From: Oscillospiraceae bacterium
Lineage (GTDB): Bacteria; Bacillota; Clostridia; Oscillospirales; QAMX01
Assembly (NCBI GenBank): GCA_015067675.1
Contig: SVMB01000001.1
Location: forward strand, 65,757 to 129,756
Length of the DNA: 64,000 nt
Direction: 5' to 3'
The position numbers were made by a program, and so were the translations under genes. Positions 9,732 through 18,740 of the stretch are shown here, piece after piece; position 1 is the stretch's first letter, and each line of letters starts with the position of its first letter. The notes beneath the pieces are model-generated. The model saw nothing but the letters and a program-made list of their open reading frames with translations, was not told where the DNA came from and made no database searches.

Positions 9732-9878
9732 CGCAGGAGCTTGCGGGAAAGATTGGAATGCCGGAATCCGGGCAGGAGGATCCATCACAAGGGCACGATG
9801 TGCAAAGATAAAGCTAAAAAAGGGCGGGAGTTGGCTTCAGTTCCACTCCGTAAGCATTCGTGATCGTGAATAACGCAG

Positions 9879-9921
9879 CATGCCTGACCGGGTAAGTCAT
9901 CTTCCGGTCAGGCATGTTTTT
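9879..9921 (+). terminator. Strong hairpin plus T5 tract in the sigE-sigG spacer, with the T-tract on the plus strand
   Basis: CATGCCTGACCGG-12 nt-CCGGTCAGGCATG, a perfect 13-bp stem followed by TTTTT on the plus strand only. It lies 60 nt downstream of the minus-strand sigE stop. Confidence 0.5.
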
Positions 9922-9981
9922 GAATATACGTATCACAGCTTGCGCAAAAGCGGACAATCGTGTTATAATACCAACAGAACG

Positions 9982-10695
9982 TCAGCGGTAGTTTGCCATG
10001 ATCTCGCGCTTGAGTCGGAGCAGAATCCGTTTTTCAAGCCGGGATATGTAGGATTGGGAGATGCCGAGCTGTTCGGCGACCTCCTTCTGGGTACGATCCT
10101 GCTGCCCGTCGAGACCGTAACGCATGGCGATGATGGTGTGCTCACGGTTGGAGAGACCTGTGAGCGCCTGCCTGAGCAATGTGCGGTCCACCGCATCCTC
10201 CACCGGACGGCTGACCTCGTCGGGCTCGGTGCCGAGGATGTCGGAGAGCAGGAGCTCATTGCCGTCTGAATCGCCGCCCAGCGGCTCGTCGATGCTGACC
10301 TCGCAGCGCTTACCGGAGGTCTTGCGCAGAAACATGAGGATTTCGTTTTCGATGCAGCGGGAGGCATAGGTGGCAAGCTTGATCTTGCGCTCGGGCTTGT
10401 AGGTGTTGACACTCTTGATCAGGCCGATGGAGCCGATGGAGATCAGATCCTCCAGTCCCACGCCGGTGTTTTCAAATTTCCGGGCGATGTAGATAACCAG
10501 CCGCAGATTACGCTCGATGAGCGTGCGCCGCACGTCGGCATCCTCAATGCTGTGCTCGGAGAGCAGCCGCAGCTCTTCCTCCGCCGTCAGCGGCGAGGGA
10601 AGCGCCTCGTGACCGCCGATGTAGTAGCTCGTGGGCGTCAGCAGCGCCGCTGCCAGCCGCCGCAGAAGCTGCCCAAAACCTGTCAATGCATTCAT
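9982..10695 (-). CDS. sigE: Sporulation sigma factor SigE (pro-sigma-E)
   Basis: [18 protein letters not shown] (pro-sequence junction), [71 protein letters not shown]. Start at ATG 10695 after AGGAGGAA. The 337-aa track ORF is an artefactual extension. Confidence 0.9.
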   Translation of the reverse strand: MNALTGFGQLLRRLAAALLTPTSYYIGGHEALPSPLTAEEELRLLSEHSIEDADVRRTLIERNLRLVIYIARKFENTGVGLEDLISIGSIGLIKSVNTYKPERKIKLATYASRCIENEILMFLRKTSGKRCEVSIDEPLGGDSDGNELLLSDILGTEPDEVSRPVEDAVDRTLLRQALTGLSNREHTIIAMRYGLDGQQDRTQKEVAEQLGISQSYISRLEKRILLRLKREIMANYR

Positions 10696-11582
10696 GATAG
10701 TTCCTCCTGTTGGGCGCGGTTTGCGCTGATGATGGCCTGATAGCTGTCCGATTCCGAAAGCGGCTGTGCCGTCAGGGCAAGAAGCATGGGAACGGGTCTT
10801 TCGTCGATGCATACCGCACAGCCTGAGTAGGTGAGTATCAGCCCGCGCCCCTGCACGGTACGGCAGGGTAGGAGCCCGAAGCCTGCGCTGAGCCCCGCAT
10901 CGCCGAGAGCGGTCAGGGTTTTCGTGGGCTCGGTACCTGCGCAATCGATGATGGAACGGATTGCGGGGGAAAAGAGCGCGCGTACGGCAGGCCATGATAC
11001 AATCGCCGCCTCACGTCCGGTGAGCAGATCACGCAGGCTGTGACCGGAGTCACGCAGAGCGGTGAGTGTGCAGTACCCGCTGCCGCAGCGGATGGTGAGC
11101 GGTACCGTGAGGGATTCGTCTGCCGTGAGAGAAAAGGCTGACAGCAGCCCCGACAAAAGATACAGCGACAGCGCAGACAGGATAAAGACCATCGCCGGAA
11201 TGTTTATGTATCCCACACCGTTTTGCATCTGCAGTCCGGAATTATGGTCCGGCGCGTACTGCAGGAAAGCGGTCATCAGCCCTGCGTACAGACAGGACAG
11301 TCCCCAGAACAGTGCGCACAGGATGCCGAGACGATGAAGGCTTTCGCAGCGAAAGGCGATCATGCACAAAAGCACGGCGCCTGCGGCTCTCATGAGCGGT
11401 ACAAACCACCCGGGAAGCGTCAGGAAGAAGCACAGGCAGGCAAAGAGCCCGCCGACGCATGCCGCCGCGGCAAGCCGGGTATGTTTGACCGGACAGCGTG
11501 CGATGTAGGCCGATGAGCGCAGCAGCAGCCAGTCAACACTTGCGTTGAGTAAAAACAGCACATCCAGATAGACCGTTGCCAT
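10692..11582 (-). CDS. spoIIGA: Sigma-E processing aspartic peptidase SpoIIGA
   Basis: 296 aa. Five N-terminal TM segments ([17 protein letters not shown]...) and a C-terminal domain with a DSG-type motif ([11 protein letters not shown]). It overlaps the sigE start by 4 nt (ATGA). Confidence 0.85.
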   Translation of the reverse strand: MATVYLDVLFLLNASVDWLLLRSSAYIARCPVKHTRLAAAACVGGLFACLCFFLTLPGWFVPLMRAAGAVLLCMIAFRCESLHRLGILCALFWGLSCLYAGLMTAFLQYAPDHNSGLQMQNGVGYINIPAMVFILSALSLYLLSGLLSAFSLTADESLTVPLTIRCGSGYCTLTALRDSGHSLRDLLTGREAAIVSWPAVRALFSPAIRSIIDCAGTEPTKTLTALGDAGLSAGFGLLPCRTVQGRGLILTYSGCAVCIDERPVPMLLALTAQPLSESDSYQAIISANRAQQEELS

Positions 11583-11622
11583 TGAGGTTTCCCCTTTGAC
11601 CGGGTGTTGTCGTGATAAGATG

Positions 11623-11655
11623 AGGATACCACGGGCGGGGTAAAAAGCTTGTCAA
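11623..11655 (-). promoter_or_regulatory. Putative spoIIG-type promoter with an over-long spacer
   Basis: Minus strand reads TTGACA-21 nt-TATCCT, about 35 nt upstream of the spoIIGA ATG. 0A-box-like heptamers are present: TTTGACA overlapping the -35 element, and TGTCGGA at 11682-11688. Confidence 0.3.
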
Positions 11656-11702
11656 AGCCGGCGGTGAGAGTTTGATAACCGTCCGACAGGAAAGGAACGC
11701 AT

Positions 11703-12527
11703 ATGAGCGTGTTTGTATGTCCCGTGTGCGGGAAGAAACTGCAAAATGAAGAAAAACGATACTTCTGCGAAAATAACCACAGCTTTGACCGGGCATCGGC
11801 GGGCTATGTCAATCTTCTGCTGCCCCGCCACGGCGGCAATCACGGTGACGATAAGCTGATGGTGCGCGCACGGCGCGATTTCCTGGACAGAGGATATTAT
11901 GAACCGCTGCGGGAGGCTGTCTGCCGCACGCTGGAAGAAAAGCTTCCTGACGGTGCGCTGGTATTTGATGCCGGCTGCGGAGAAGGCTATTATACGGCGA
12001 AGATGGCGCAGACGATGGCAGAAAAAAACGGCGTGGTTTTCGGCGCAGATATCTCCAAGGAAGCGCTGCGTATTGCCCATAAGCGGGAATCGTCGATGGA
12101 GCTGGCGGTGGCAAGCCTTTATCATCTGCCGCTGGCGGATGAAAGCGTGGATGCTTTGACGCTGATCTTTTCACCGCTTTGCACGGAGGAGTTCCTGCGG
12201 GTTTTAAAGCCCGGCGGACTCTTTGTCATGGCAATTCCCCTCAGAGAGCATCTTTACGGCCTCAAGGCGGCGGTTTATGACAATCCCTATGAAAATGAGG
12301 TCAAGGATACGGCGATTGAGGGCTTTGAGCTGCTGGGTATGGAGGAAATCCGCCGCACGCTGCGGCTTGAGTCGACCGACGATATCCTCAATCTCTTTTC
12401 CATGACGCCCTATTACTACAAAACCTCGGCGGCAGATCAGGAAAAACTGAAAAACCTGCAGTCTCTTGAGACGGAAATTGCCTTTGGCCTGCTGGTTTAC
12501 CGCAAAAGCGGCACGGACCGGCAGTAA
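11703..12527 (+). CDS. rlmA: 23S rRNA (guanine-N1)-methyltransferase RlmA-like, SAM-dependent
   Basis: N-terminal Zn-finger CPVCGKKL...YFCENNHSFD, then GYVNLLLP...DDKLMVRARRDFLDRGYYEPLREAV, which closely parallels E. coli RlmA. SAM motif VFDAGCGEGYY. Confidence 0.8.
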   Translation: MSVFVCPVCGKKLQNEEKRYFCENNHSFDRASAGYVNLLLPRHGGNHGDDKLMVRARRDFLDRGYYEPLREAVCRTLEEKLPDGALVFDAGCGEGYYTAKMAQTMAEKNGVVFGADISKEALRIAHKRESSMELAVASLYHLPLADESVDALTLIFSPLCTEEFLRVLKPGGLFVMAIPLREHLYGLKAAVYDNPYENEVKDTAIEGFELLGMEEIRRTLRLESTDDILNLFSMTPYYYKTSAADQEKLKNLQSLETEIAFGLLVYRKSGTDRQ

Positions 12528-12559
12528 ACGGCGTAATTGCCGAAAAATGTCATATGTAC

Positions 12560-12588
12560 TTGCAAAGTGCATCGAAAAATGATATACT
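12560..12588 (+). promoter_or_regulatory. Putative sigma-A promoter of upp
   Basis: TTGCAA-17 nt-TATACT, 43 nt upstream of the upp ATG. SD GAGGAAGG follows. Confidence 0.55.
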
Positions 12589-12630
12589 GCCAATGGCATC
12601 AATGCTAAAGAGGAAGGTAAGGTAAGATAA

Positions 12631-13260
12631 ATGAGTAATGTAACCGTTATGAACCATCCGCTGATCAGCCATAAGATCAGCATTATCCGTGACATTAACA
12701 CCGGTTGTAAGGAATTCCGCGAGCTCATCGAAGAGATCGCCATGCTCATGGGCTACGAGGCCCTGCGTGATCTGCCTGTGGAAGATGTGCAGATCGAGAC
12801 GCCCATTACCACCACCACCTGCCAGATGCTGGCCGGTAAGAAGCTGGCCATCGTGCCGATCCTGCGTGCAGGTCTGGGCATGGTCAACGGCCTGCTGGCG
12901 CTGGTTCCCTCTGCCAAGGTTGGCCACATCGGTCTCTACCGTGACCACGAGACCCTGGAGCCCCACGAGTATTACTGCAAGCTGCCCGACGATATCGAAA
13001 ACCGTCAGGTCATCCTGCTGGATCCCATGCTTGCCACCGGCGGTTCTGCCAGTGCTGCCATCAATTTCATCAAGCAGCGCGGCTGCAACCACATCAAGCT
13101 CATGAACATCATCGCTGCTCCCGAAGGCGTCGAGCGTATCCAGAAGGATCATCCCGATGTGCCTGTGTTCATCGGCTGCCTGGATGAGAAGCTCAACGAG
13201 AACGGCTACATCGTTCCCGGTCTGGGCGATGCCGGCGACCGTATCTTCGGCACCAAGTAA
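12631..13260 (+). CDS. upp: Uracil phosphoribosyltransferase
   Basis: 209 aa. [22 protein letters not shown], the PRPP loop [13 protein letters not shown] and [17 protein letters not shown] are classic Upp motifs. Confidence 0.95.
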   Translation: MSNVTVMNHPLISHKISIIRDINTGCKEFRELIEEIAMLMGYEALRDLPVEDVQIETPITTTTCQMLAGKKLAIVPILRAGLGMVNGLLALVPSAKVGHIGLYRDHETLEPHEYYCKLPDDIENRQVILLDPMLATGGSASAAINFIKQRGCNHIKLMNIIAAPEGVERIQKDHPDVPVFIGCLDEKLNENGYIVPGLGDAGDRIFGTK

Positions 13261-13274
13261 TAGCGTATAAAAAG

Positions 13275-13310
13275 AGGGCCTGTTGCAGAATAACCGCAAC
13301 GGGCCCTTTG
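13275..13310. terminator. Bidirectional hairpin terminator
   Basis: AGGGCCTGTTGC-9 nt-GCAACGGGCCCT, a 12-bp stem with 1 G-U pair. It is flanked by an A-run upstream and TTT downstream, between convergent upp and the SLH gene. Confidence 0.6.
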
Positions 13311-13337
13311 GATGTTATCAAGTTTTGGATCGGCAAA

Positions 13338-14651
13338 TCACCCGATGGTTTTGTCCGCACCGGTCATGCCCTGCAGGACATTGGTGCTGCCGTAATCGGA
13401 AAAGGCGTATTCCACCTCATAGGAAACTTCCATGGGAAGATCCCGCCACAGCCAGGTGTCCTGATAGCTGACCGTGACCGAGAGGATGCGGGCAGTATCC
13501 GGATCGACGACGATGGTGTAATCATAGAAGTAGTCGCAGGATGCGCTGCCGGTCATATCATTGATGAGCTGGCCGAGACTTGAAAAGCCTGAGATGACCA
13601 CATTGCCGTTTTTGTCACGGACGGCTTCGGCAGACGAACACAGCGACGGCGTGGGCGTGAAGAGATGGGCAGGGATGTCGTGATGAAGCTCAACGGCAGA
13701 GTGGGGGAGGATGGTGAGAACCGTCCAGGCCCCCTCATCTTCACTGCGGCAGACGGCGTCACCGTCGGCATAGACGCGGATATGCTGTGAAGCGATGCGC
13801 AGACCGCGGATCGTCTCCTGGGCAACATCAAAGGAACTGCGGTTTTTGCGGTTATCACGGCGATAAACCGTGGTACGCTCTGTGGTTTCGGCGACACCGC
13901 TGATCGTATGGGAATAAACGGCCGACTGGGTCAGGGTATAGTTCTTCTCGGCCCGAAGCGCGTTGAGCGCATCCGTCAGGGTGTTGTAAATCAGGTTATC
14001 CCCGCAGATGATGTCGGCGGTAACGCCGGTGTAGGAGGCGCGGATATCCCCGACGACGGTCTGAACGTAGGGAAGTGTATTTCCCTTGGGACACAGACGC
14101 AGCATCCGGTAGGCCGCATAGCAGGCGGCTGCACGGTTATACTCGCTGGACAGCAGCCATTCATACTCGGCTTCATCATACAGGCCGATGGTTTTGGCAA
14201 ACTGCAGCGCATCGGTGTAGGCAAAGTCGCCGGATGATTCCCGGTACCCCAGCGTACGCAGCAGCATCACCGTGAAATCACGGGCCGTGAGGGGATTGTC
14301 GGAACCGAATCGATCGGCGCTGATTCCCTTGACCGCACCTTCCGAACAGAGATAATTGACCGCAGGTGCCGCCCATACGGGAACGTCCGTAAACGGCGAT
14401 GCGGACGCCTGAGTGGCAATTGCTTCGGCACCGCACAGACGCACCAGCAGGACCGCAGCCTCGGCACGGGTCAAAGCTTTGTCAAGTCCCAGATCATGAC
14501 CGTCCCCCTGCAGAAAGCCGCAGGTGACCATGCACTCGATGGCGTCTGCACGCCGCGCATCCGTATCGGCTTTTGCATCTGCCGCAGCAGCGCCGCAGCA
14601 GAGAAATGCTGCCGTGAGCAGCAGAATCAGTAATGTTCGAAGCGTTTTCAT
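13338..14651 (-). CDS. Secreted/cell-wall-associated protein with SLH-like repeats
   Basis: Signal peptide MKTLRTLLILLLTAAFLCCGAAAA. The start is moved to ATG 14651. SLH-type repeat: FTDVPVWAAPAVNYLCSEGAVKGISADRFGSDNPLTARDFTVMLLRTLGY. Confidence 0.75.
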   Translation of the reverse strand: MKTLRTLLILLLTAAFLCCGAAAADAKADTDARRADAIECMVTCGFLQGDGHDLGLDKALTRAEAAVLLVRLCGAEAIATQASASPFTDVPVWAAPAVNYLCSEGAVKGISADRFGSDNPLTARDFTVMLLRTLGYRESSGDFAYTDALQFAKTIGLYDEAEYEWLLSSEYNRAAACYAAYRMLRLCPKGNTLPYVQTVVGDIRASYTGVTADIICGDNLIYNTLTDALNALRAEKNYTLTQSAVYSHTISGVAETTERTTVYRRDNRKNRSSFDVAQETIRGLRIASQHIRVYADGDAVCRSEDEGAWTVLTILPHSAVELHHDIPAHLFTPTPSLCSSAEAVRDKNGNVVISGFSSLGQLINDMTGSASCDYFYDYTIVVDPDTARILSVTVSYQDTWLWRDLPMEVSYEVEYAFSDYGSTNVLQGMTGADKTIG

Positions 14652-14745
14652 AGAATACCCTTTCGTATGCAATCGAAGATATCTATAGAGTACCACGAAA
14701 CCGCCCGACGGTCAAGTGGTGCGTTACACGCAAGGAGAATGACAC

Positions 14746-15732
14746 ATGCGCACCTATCAGATCGGAGACAACGACGCCGGTCAGCGCCTTGACAGCTTTC
14801 TGTCAAAGGCGCTGCCGCATATGCCGCAGTCCCTGTTTCATAAGCTCATCCGCCAGAAACGCATCAAGCTCAACGGGAAACGTACCGAGCCTTCCGCCAG
14901 ACTCAATACCGGTGATACGGTCAATATCTATGTCTATGAGGAAAACCTTGCCCCGCCGCCGGAGACTGAAAAGGCCGAGCGGTGGAGAAGTGTGGAGCCG
15001 AGGGTGAGCGTGGTCTATGAGGATGAGCATATTCTGCTTGCCGATAAGGTACCGGGGCTTCTGGTGCATCCGGATGAGGACGGCGGCTCAGAGCCGACGC
15101 TCATCGACCATATCCAGGCCTACCTTTATAAAAAAGGCGAGTGGGATCCGGAAAAAGAGAACAGCTTTGCGCCCGCCCTCTGCAACCGCATCGACCGCAA
15201 TACCGGCGGTATCGTGGTGGCTGCCAAGACTGCCGCAGCGCTGCGGATTCTCAATGAAAAAATCCGGGATCATGAGCTGGAAAAAACCTACCTGTGCGTG
15301 ATTCACGGCAGGATGGAGAAGAACTCGGGACGGCTGACGGATTATATCCGCCGCGATCTGGATGAAAAGCGGGTGTATGTGGATAAAAAGCCCTCTCCGG
15401 GTGCCCGCACGGCGATTTTGGAGTACAAAACGCTGGCGGTGAAGGATGAGCTGTCGCTGATGCAGTGCAGACTCATCACCGGACGAACTCATCAGATCCG
15501 TGCGCAGTTTGCATCAGCCGGTCATCCGCTGCTGGGCGACGGCAAATACGGTACCAACGCGCAGAATAAGGCCTACGGCGCAAAATATCAGGCACTTTAT
15601 GCATGCAGACTTGCATTTAAATTCAAGTCCGACGCAGGACCTCTTGCCTATCTCAACGGCAGGCATTTTGCAGTGAAGAACGTACCCTTTGCAGCCGAAT
15701 TTGGCGTGGACCCAAGCGCCTGGAATCGATAA
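14746..15732 (+). CDS. RluA-family 23S rRNA pseudouridine synthase with an S4 domain
   Basis: An S4-like N-terminus (RLDSFLSKALP...KLIRQKRIKLNG) followed by HRIDRNTGG-type (NRIDRNTGGIVV) and GRTHQIR catalytic motifs. Confidence 0.9.
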   Translation: MRTYQIGDNDAGQRLDSFLSKALPHMPQSLFHKLIRQKRIKLNGKRTEPSARLNTGDTVNIYVYEENLAPPPETEKAERWRSVEPRVSVVYEDEHILLADKVPGLLVHPDEDGGSEPTLIDHIQAYLYKKGEWDPEKENSFAPALCNRIDRNTGGIVVAAKTAAALRILNEKIRDHELEKTYLCVIHGRMEKNSGRLTDYIRRDLDEKRVYVDKKPSPGARTAILEYKTLAVKDELSLMQCRLITGRTHQIRAQFASAGHPLLGDGKYGTNAQNKAYGAKYQALYACRLAFKFKSDAGPLAYLNGRHFAVKNVPFAAEFGVDPSAWNR

Positions 15733-15839
15733 AACGGGACGGATATGGGCGGATTCGGGTGAAAATGTGCGTAAACGGGAGCTGAACCTGCCTTCAATTG
15801 TGTTCATTCACGGAAATTCGGGGAAATTCGGAAATATGC

Positions 15840-15868
15840 TTGACATTTTGCGGTATTAAGGGTATGAT
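15840..15868 (+). promoter_or_regulatory. Putative sigma-A promoter of the pot operon
   Basis: TTGACA-17 nt-TATGAT, giving a ~110-nt leader. A tandem 10-bp direct repeat of GGAAATTCG sits immediately upstream at 15812-15835. Confidence 0.55.
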
Positions 15869-15978
15869 GTAGCTGGGATGGTGCATGATAACGAGGAATG
15901 TTGATGCAGCCGTCCTGATTGTATGTTGCGGGAAATCTCCCTGCCTTACACTTGCATATCAGTTGGGGGGTACGATAC

Positions 15979-17031
15979 ATGTCCAAAGAGCTCATAAGGC
16001 TCAAAGATATTGTTATGACCATCGGAGACAACGAGGTTCTCAAGAAGATGAATCTCTACATCCGGGACAGAGAATTTCTGACAATGCTTGGGCCGAGCGG
16101 CTGTGGTAAAACCACGACATTAAGAATCATCGGAGGCTTTGCAACGCCTACAGCGGGACAGCTCCTGTTTGAGGACCGGGACATCACAAAGGTTCCGCCG
16201 CATAAGCGTCCGATCAATACCGTCTTTCAGAAGTACGCACTTTTCACCCACCTCAACGTTTATGAAAACGTTGCGTTTGGTCTGCGGCTGAAGAAAGTAC
16301 AGGAGAACGAAGTCAAAAAGCGCGTCGGCGAAATGCTGGAAATGGTCAACCTCGGCAACTACGGCGAACGTACCGTGAGCTCCCTGTCCGGCGGTGAGCA
16401 GCAGCGCGTGGCCATTGCCCGTGCGCTGGTCAACCATCCCCGCATTCTGCTTCTGGACGAGCCTCTGGGCGCTCTTGACCTGAAGCTGCGCAAGGAAATG
16501 CAGCTGGAGCTGAAGAAGATTCAGCAGCATCTGGGTATCACCTTCATCTATGTTACCCACGATCAGGAAGAAGCGCTGACCATGTCCGACACCGTTGTCG
16601 TCATGAATAAGGGCCGCATCCAGCAGATTGGTACGCCGATCGATATCTATAACGAACCCAAGAACGCGTTTGTCGCCGACTTCATCGGCGAGTCCAATAT
16701 CATCCCCGCCGTCATGGAAAAGGACTATTACGTCCGCTTTGCCGACCGCGGCTTTGAATGTCTGGACGCCGGCTTTGCACCCAATGAGGATGTGGAAGTC
16801 GTCGTGCGTCCCGAGGACATCAAGGTTGTGGATGAGCAGAAGGGTCAGCTGCGCGGCGTCGTGGAGTCCACGATCTTCAAGGGTGTCCATTATGAAATGG
16901 TCATCCGTGCCAATGGTTTTGCCTGGCTTGTCCAGTCCACCAAGGCAGAAGAAGTCGGGCAGGAAGTTTCCCTTCTCATCACACCCAACGACATTCATGT
17001 CATGCGAAAGGGTGTGGCGGAGCATGAATAA
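15979..17031 (+). CDS. potA: Spermidine/putrescine ABC transporter ATP-binding protein
   Basis: Walker A GPSGCGKTT, signature LSGGEQQRVAIARAL, Walker B ILLLDEPLGALD, and a C-terminal TOBE-like regulatory domain. Start at ATG 15979 after GGGGGG. Confidence 0.9.
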   Translation: MSKELIRLKDIVMTIGDNEVLKKMNLYIRDREFLTMLGPSGCGKTTTLRIIGGFATPTAGQLLFEDRDITKVPPHKRPINTVFQKYALFTHLNVYENVAFGLRLKKVQENEVKKRVGEMLEMVNLGNYGERTVSSLSGGEQQRVAIARALVNHPRILLLDEPLGALDLKLRKEMQLELKKIQQHLGITFIYVTHDQEEALTMSDTVVVMNKGRIQQIGTPIDIYNEPKNAFVADFIGESNIIPAVMEKDYYVRFADRGFECLDAGFAPNEDVEVVVRPEDIKVVDEQKGQLRGVVESTIFKGVHYEMVIRANGFAWLVQSTKAEEVGQEVSLLITPNDIHVMRKGVAEHE

Positions 17032-17866
17032 CAAAAAGAGCCAGTGGCTGGCACTTCCTTACGCAGTCTACGCCGTCATCTTCATCGCGGCGCCGCTGCT
17101 GCTCATCGTGCTCTACAGCTTCTGTACCGATCCCCAGAACGGTATCGATTTTACCATGGAGAACTTCGTCAGGTTCTTCGATTTCGCAAATCCCATGTAC
17201 ATGCAGGTGCTCTGGCGCTCGATTTATCTGGCCATCATCAGTACCATTATCTGCCTGCTTTTGGGCTATCCCATGGCGTATATACTCTCCCAGCTCTCGC
17301 CACGCGTGCGCGGTGTGGTCTCGGTTCTGTTCATCCTGCCCATGTGGATGAACTTCCTGCTGAGAACCTATTCCTGGATGTCTCTGCTTGAAAAAACCGG
17401 TCTTATCAACCGGCTGCTCGAGGCGCTGAGCCTGCCTTCTCTGGATATCATGTATACCCAGTGGGCCGTTGTGCTGGGTAACGTCTATAACTTCCTGCCG
17501 TTTATGATTCTGCCCATCTATAACGTCCTCATCAAGATCGATAAGAGCGTTGTGGAAGCCGCACAGGATCTGGGCGCACCGCCTTACCGGGTATTTACCC
17601 GCGTCATCTTCCCCTTGAGCCTTGGCGGCGTGGCCTCCGGCATCACTATGACCTTCATGCCCGCCGTTACCACCTTCGTTATCTCCAAGCTCCTCGGCGG
17701 CGGTCAGAATACCCTCATCGGTGACCTGATTGAAAAGCAGTTCAAGGTCACCGGCAACTGGGGCTTCGGTTCAGCCATGAGCGTGATCATTATGGTGCTC
17801 ATTCTCATCGCCATGAACATCACCCCCGGTGATAAGGAAGAAAGTGCGGGAGGGACTTTGCTATGA
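17024..17866 (+). CDS. potB: Spermidine/putrescine ABC transporter permease
   Basis: Start at ATG 17024 (MNNKKSQWLALPY...), overlapping the potA stop. Six TM segments and the EAA loop (VEAAQDLGAPPYRVFTRVIFPLS). Confidence 0.85.
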   Translation: MNNKKSQWLALPYAVYAVIFIAAPLLLIVLYSFCTDPQNGIDFTMENFVRFFDFANPMYMQVLWRSIYLAIISTIICLLLGYPMAYILSQLSPRVRGVVSVLFILPMWMNFLLRTYSWMSLLEKTGLINRLLEALSLPSLDIMYTQWAVVLGNVYNFLPFMILPIYNVLIKIDKSVVEAAQDLGAPPYRVFTRVIFPLSLGGVASGITMTFMPAVTTFVISKLLGGGQNTLIGDLIEKQFKVTGNWGFGSAMSVIIMVLILIAMNITPGDKEESAGGTLL

Positions 17867-18687
17867 AATTGTGGAAACGTCTCTCTTACGCTTACAGCGT
17901 ACTGATTTTCCTGTTTTTGTACGCGCCGATCGTTGTGATGATCGTCTACTCCTTCAATGCGGAGAAGTCCCGCGCCAAGTGGGGCGGCTTCACACTGAAG
18001 TGGTATCGCGAGCTGTTTTCAAACTCCGATATCATGGAGGCGCTGATCACCACGCTGACCATTGCCCTGCTGTCCAGTATCATCGCACTGATCATCGGCA
18101 CAGCGGCGGCGGTCGGTATCGCAAATCTGCGCAAAGGTCCCCGCAAGTGGCTGATGAATATTACCTACCTGCCCATGCTCAACGCGGATATCGTCACCGG
18201 TGTCTCGCTGCTGCTGATCTTCTCTCTGATGGGGATTGAACTGGGCTACGTTTCGCTGCTGCTTGCCCACGTGACGTTTAATATCCCGTATGTAATTCTG
18301 TCGATCATGCCAAAGCTTCGTCAGCTGGATCCCCATCTGTATGAAGCGGCACAGGATCTGGGAGCTCCGCCTGTACTGGCGTTCTTTAAAGTGGTGCTGC
18401 CGGAGATCAGCCCCGGTATCGTGACAGGCTTCCTGCTTGCCTTCACGATGAGTATCGACGACTTTGTGATCTCCTTCTTCACCACGGGTTCGGGCGTTTC
18501 GACGCTGGCTATCGAGATTTACTCCATGGCCCGCCGCGGCATCAAGCCTGAAATCAACGCGCTGTCCGCGATCATGTTCCTGGTGGTTCTTGCGCTGCTG
18601 CTGGTTATCAATCTGCGCGGCGGCAAGGATAAAAAGGGCGCGGAGAACCGTCCGGTTTCGGTACGTGCCAGATCGTCTGCCCGCTGA
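17863..18687 (+). CDS. potC: Spermidine/putrescine ABC transporter permease
   Basis: 274 aa with the EAA loop (YEAAQDLGAPPVLAFFKVVLPEISPG). 4-nt overlap with potB. Confidence 0.85.
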   Translation: MKLWKRLSYAYSVLIFLFLYAPIVVMIVYSFNAEKSRAKWGGFTLKWYRELFSNSDIMEALITTLTIALLSSIIALIIGTAAAVGIANLRKGPRKWLMNITYLPMLNADIVTGVSLLLIFSLMGIELGYVSLLLAHVTFNIPYVILSIMPKLRQLDPHLYEAAQDLGAPPVLAFFKVVLPEISPGIVTGFLLAFTMSIDDFVISFFTTGSGVSTLAIEIYSMARRGIKPEINALSAIMFLVVLALLLVINLRGGKDKKGAENRPVSVRARSSAR

Positions 18688-18740
18688 GCAGCTCTGAACG
18701 GGGGATTTAACCCCGTATTGTAATCCAAAAAGAAAGGTTT

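Noticed and set aside
9982-10995. The 337-aa version of the sigE ORF, and similar 5' extensions in the track (16628 for potB, 20775, 37958, 41099, 50595, 54979).
   Set aside because: The extensions overlap the upstream genes, have junk-like composition and lack an SD. Internal ATGs with good SD spacing give proteins of the canonical length.
15869-15978. The ~110-nt potA leader as a riboswitch.
   Set aside because: I cannot match it to any riboswitch class, and I see no terminator/antiterminator alternative. Only the length is unusual.
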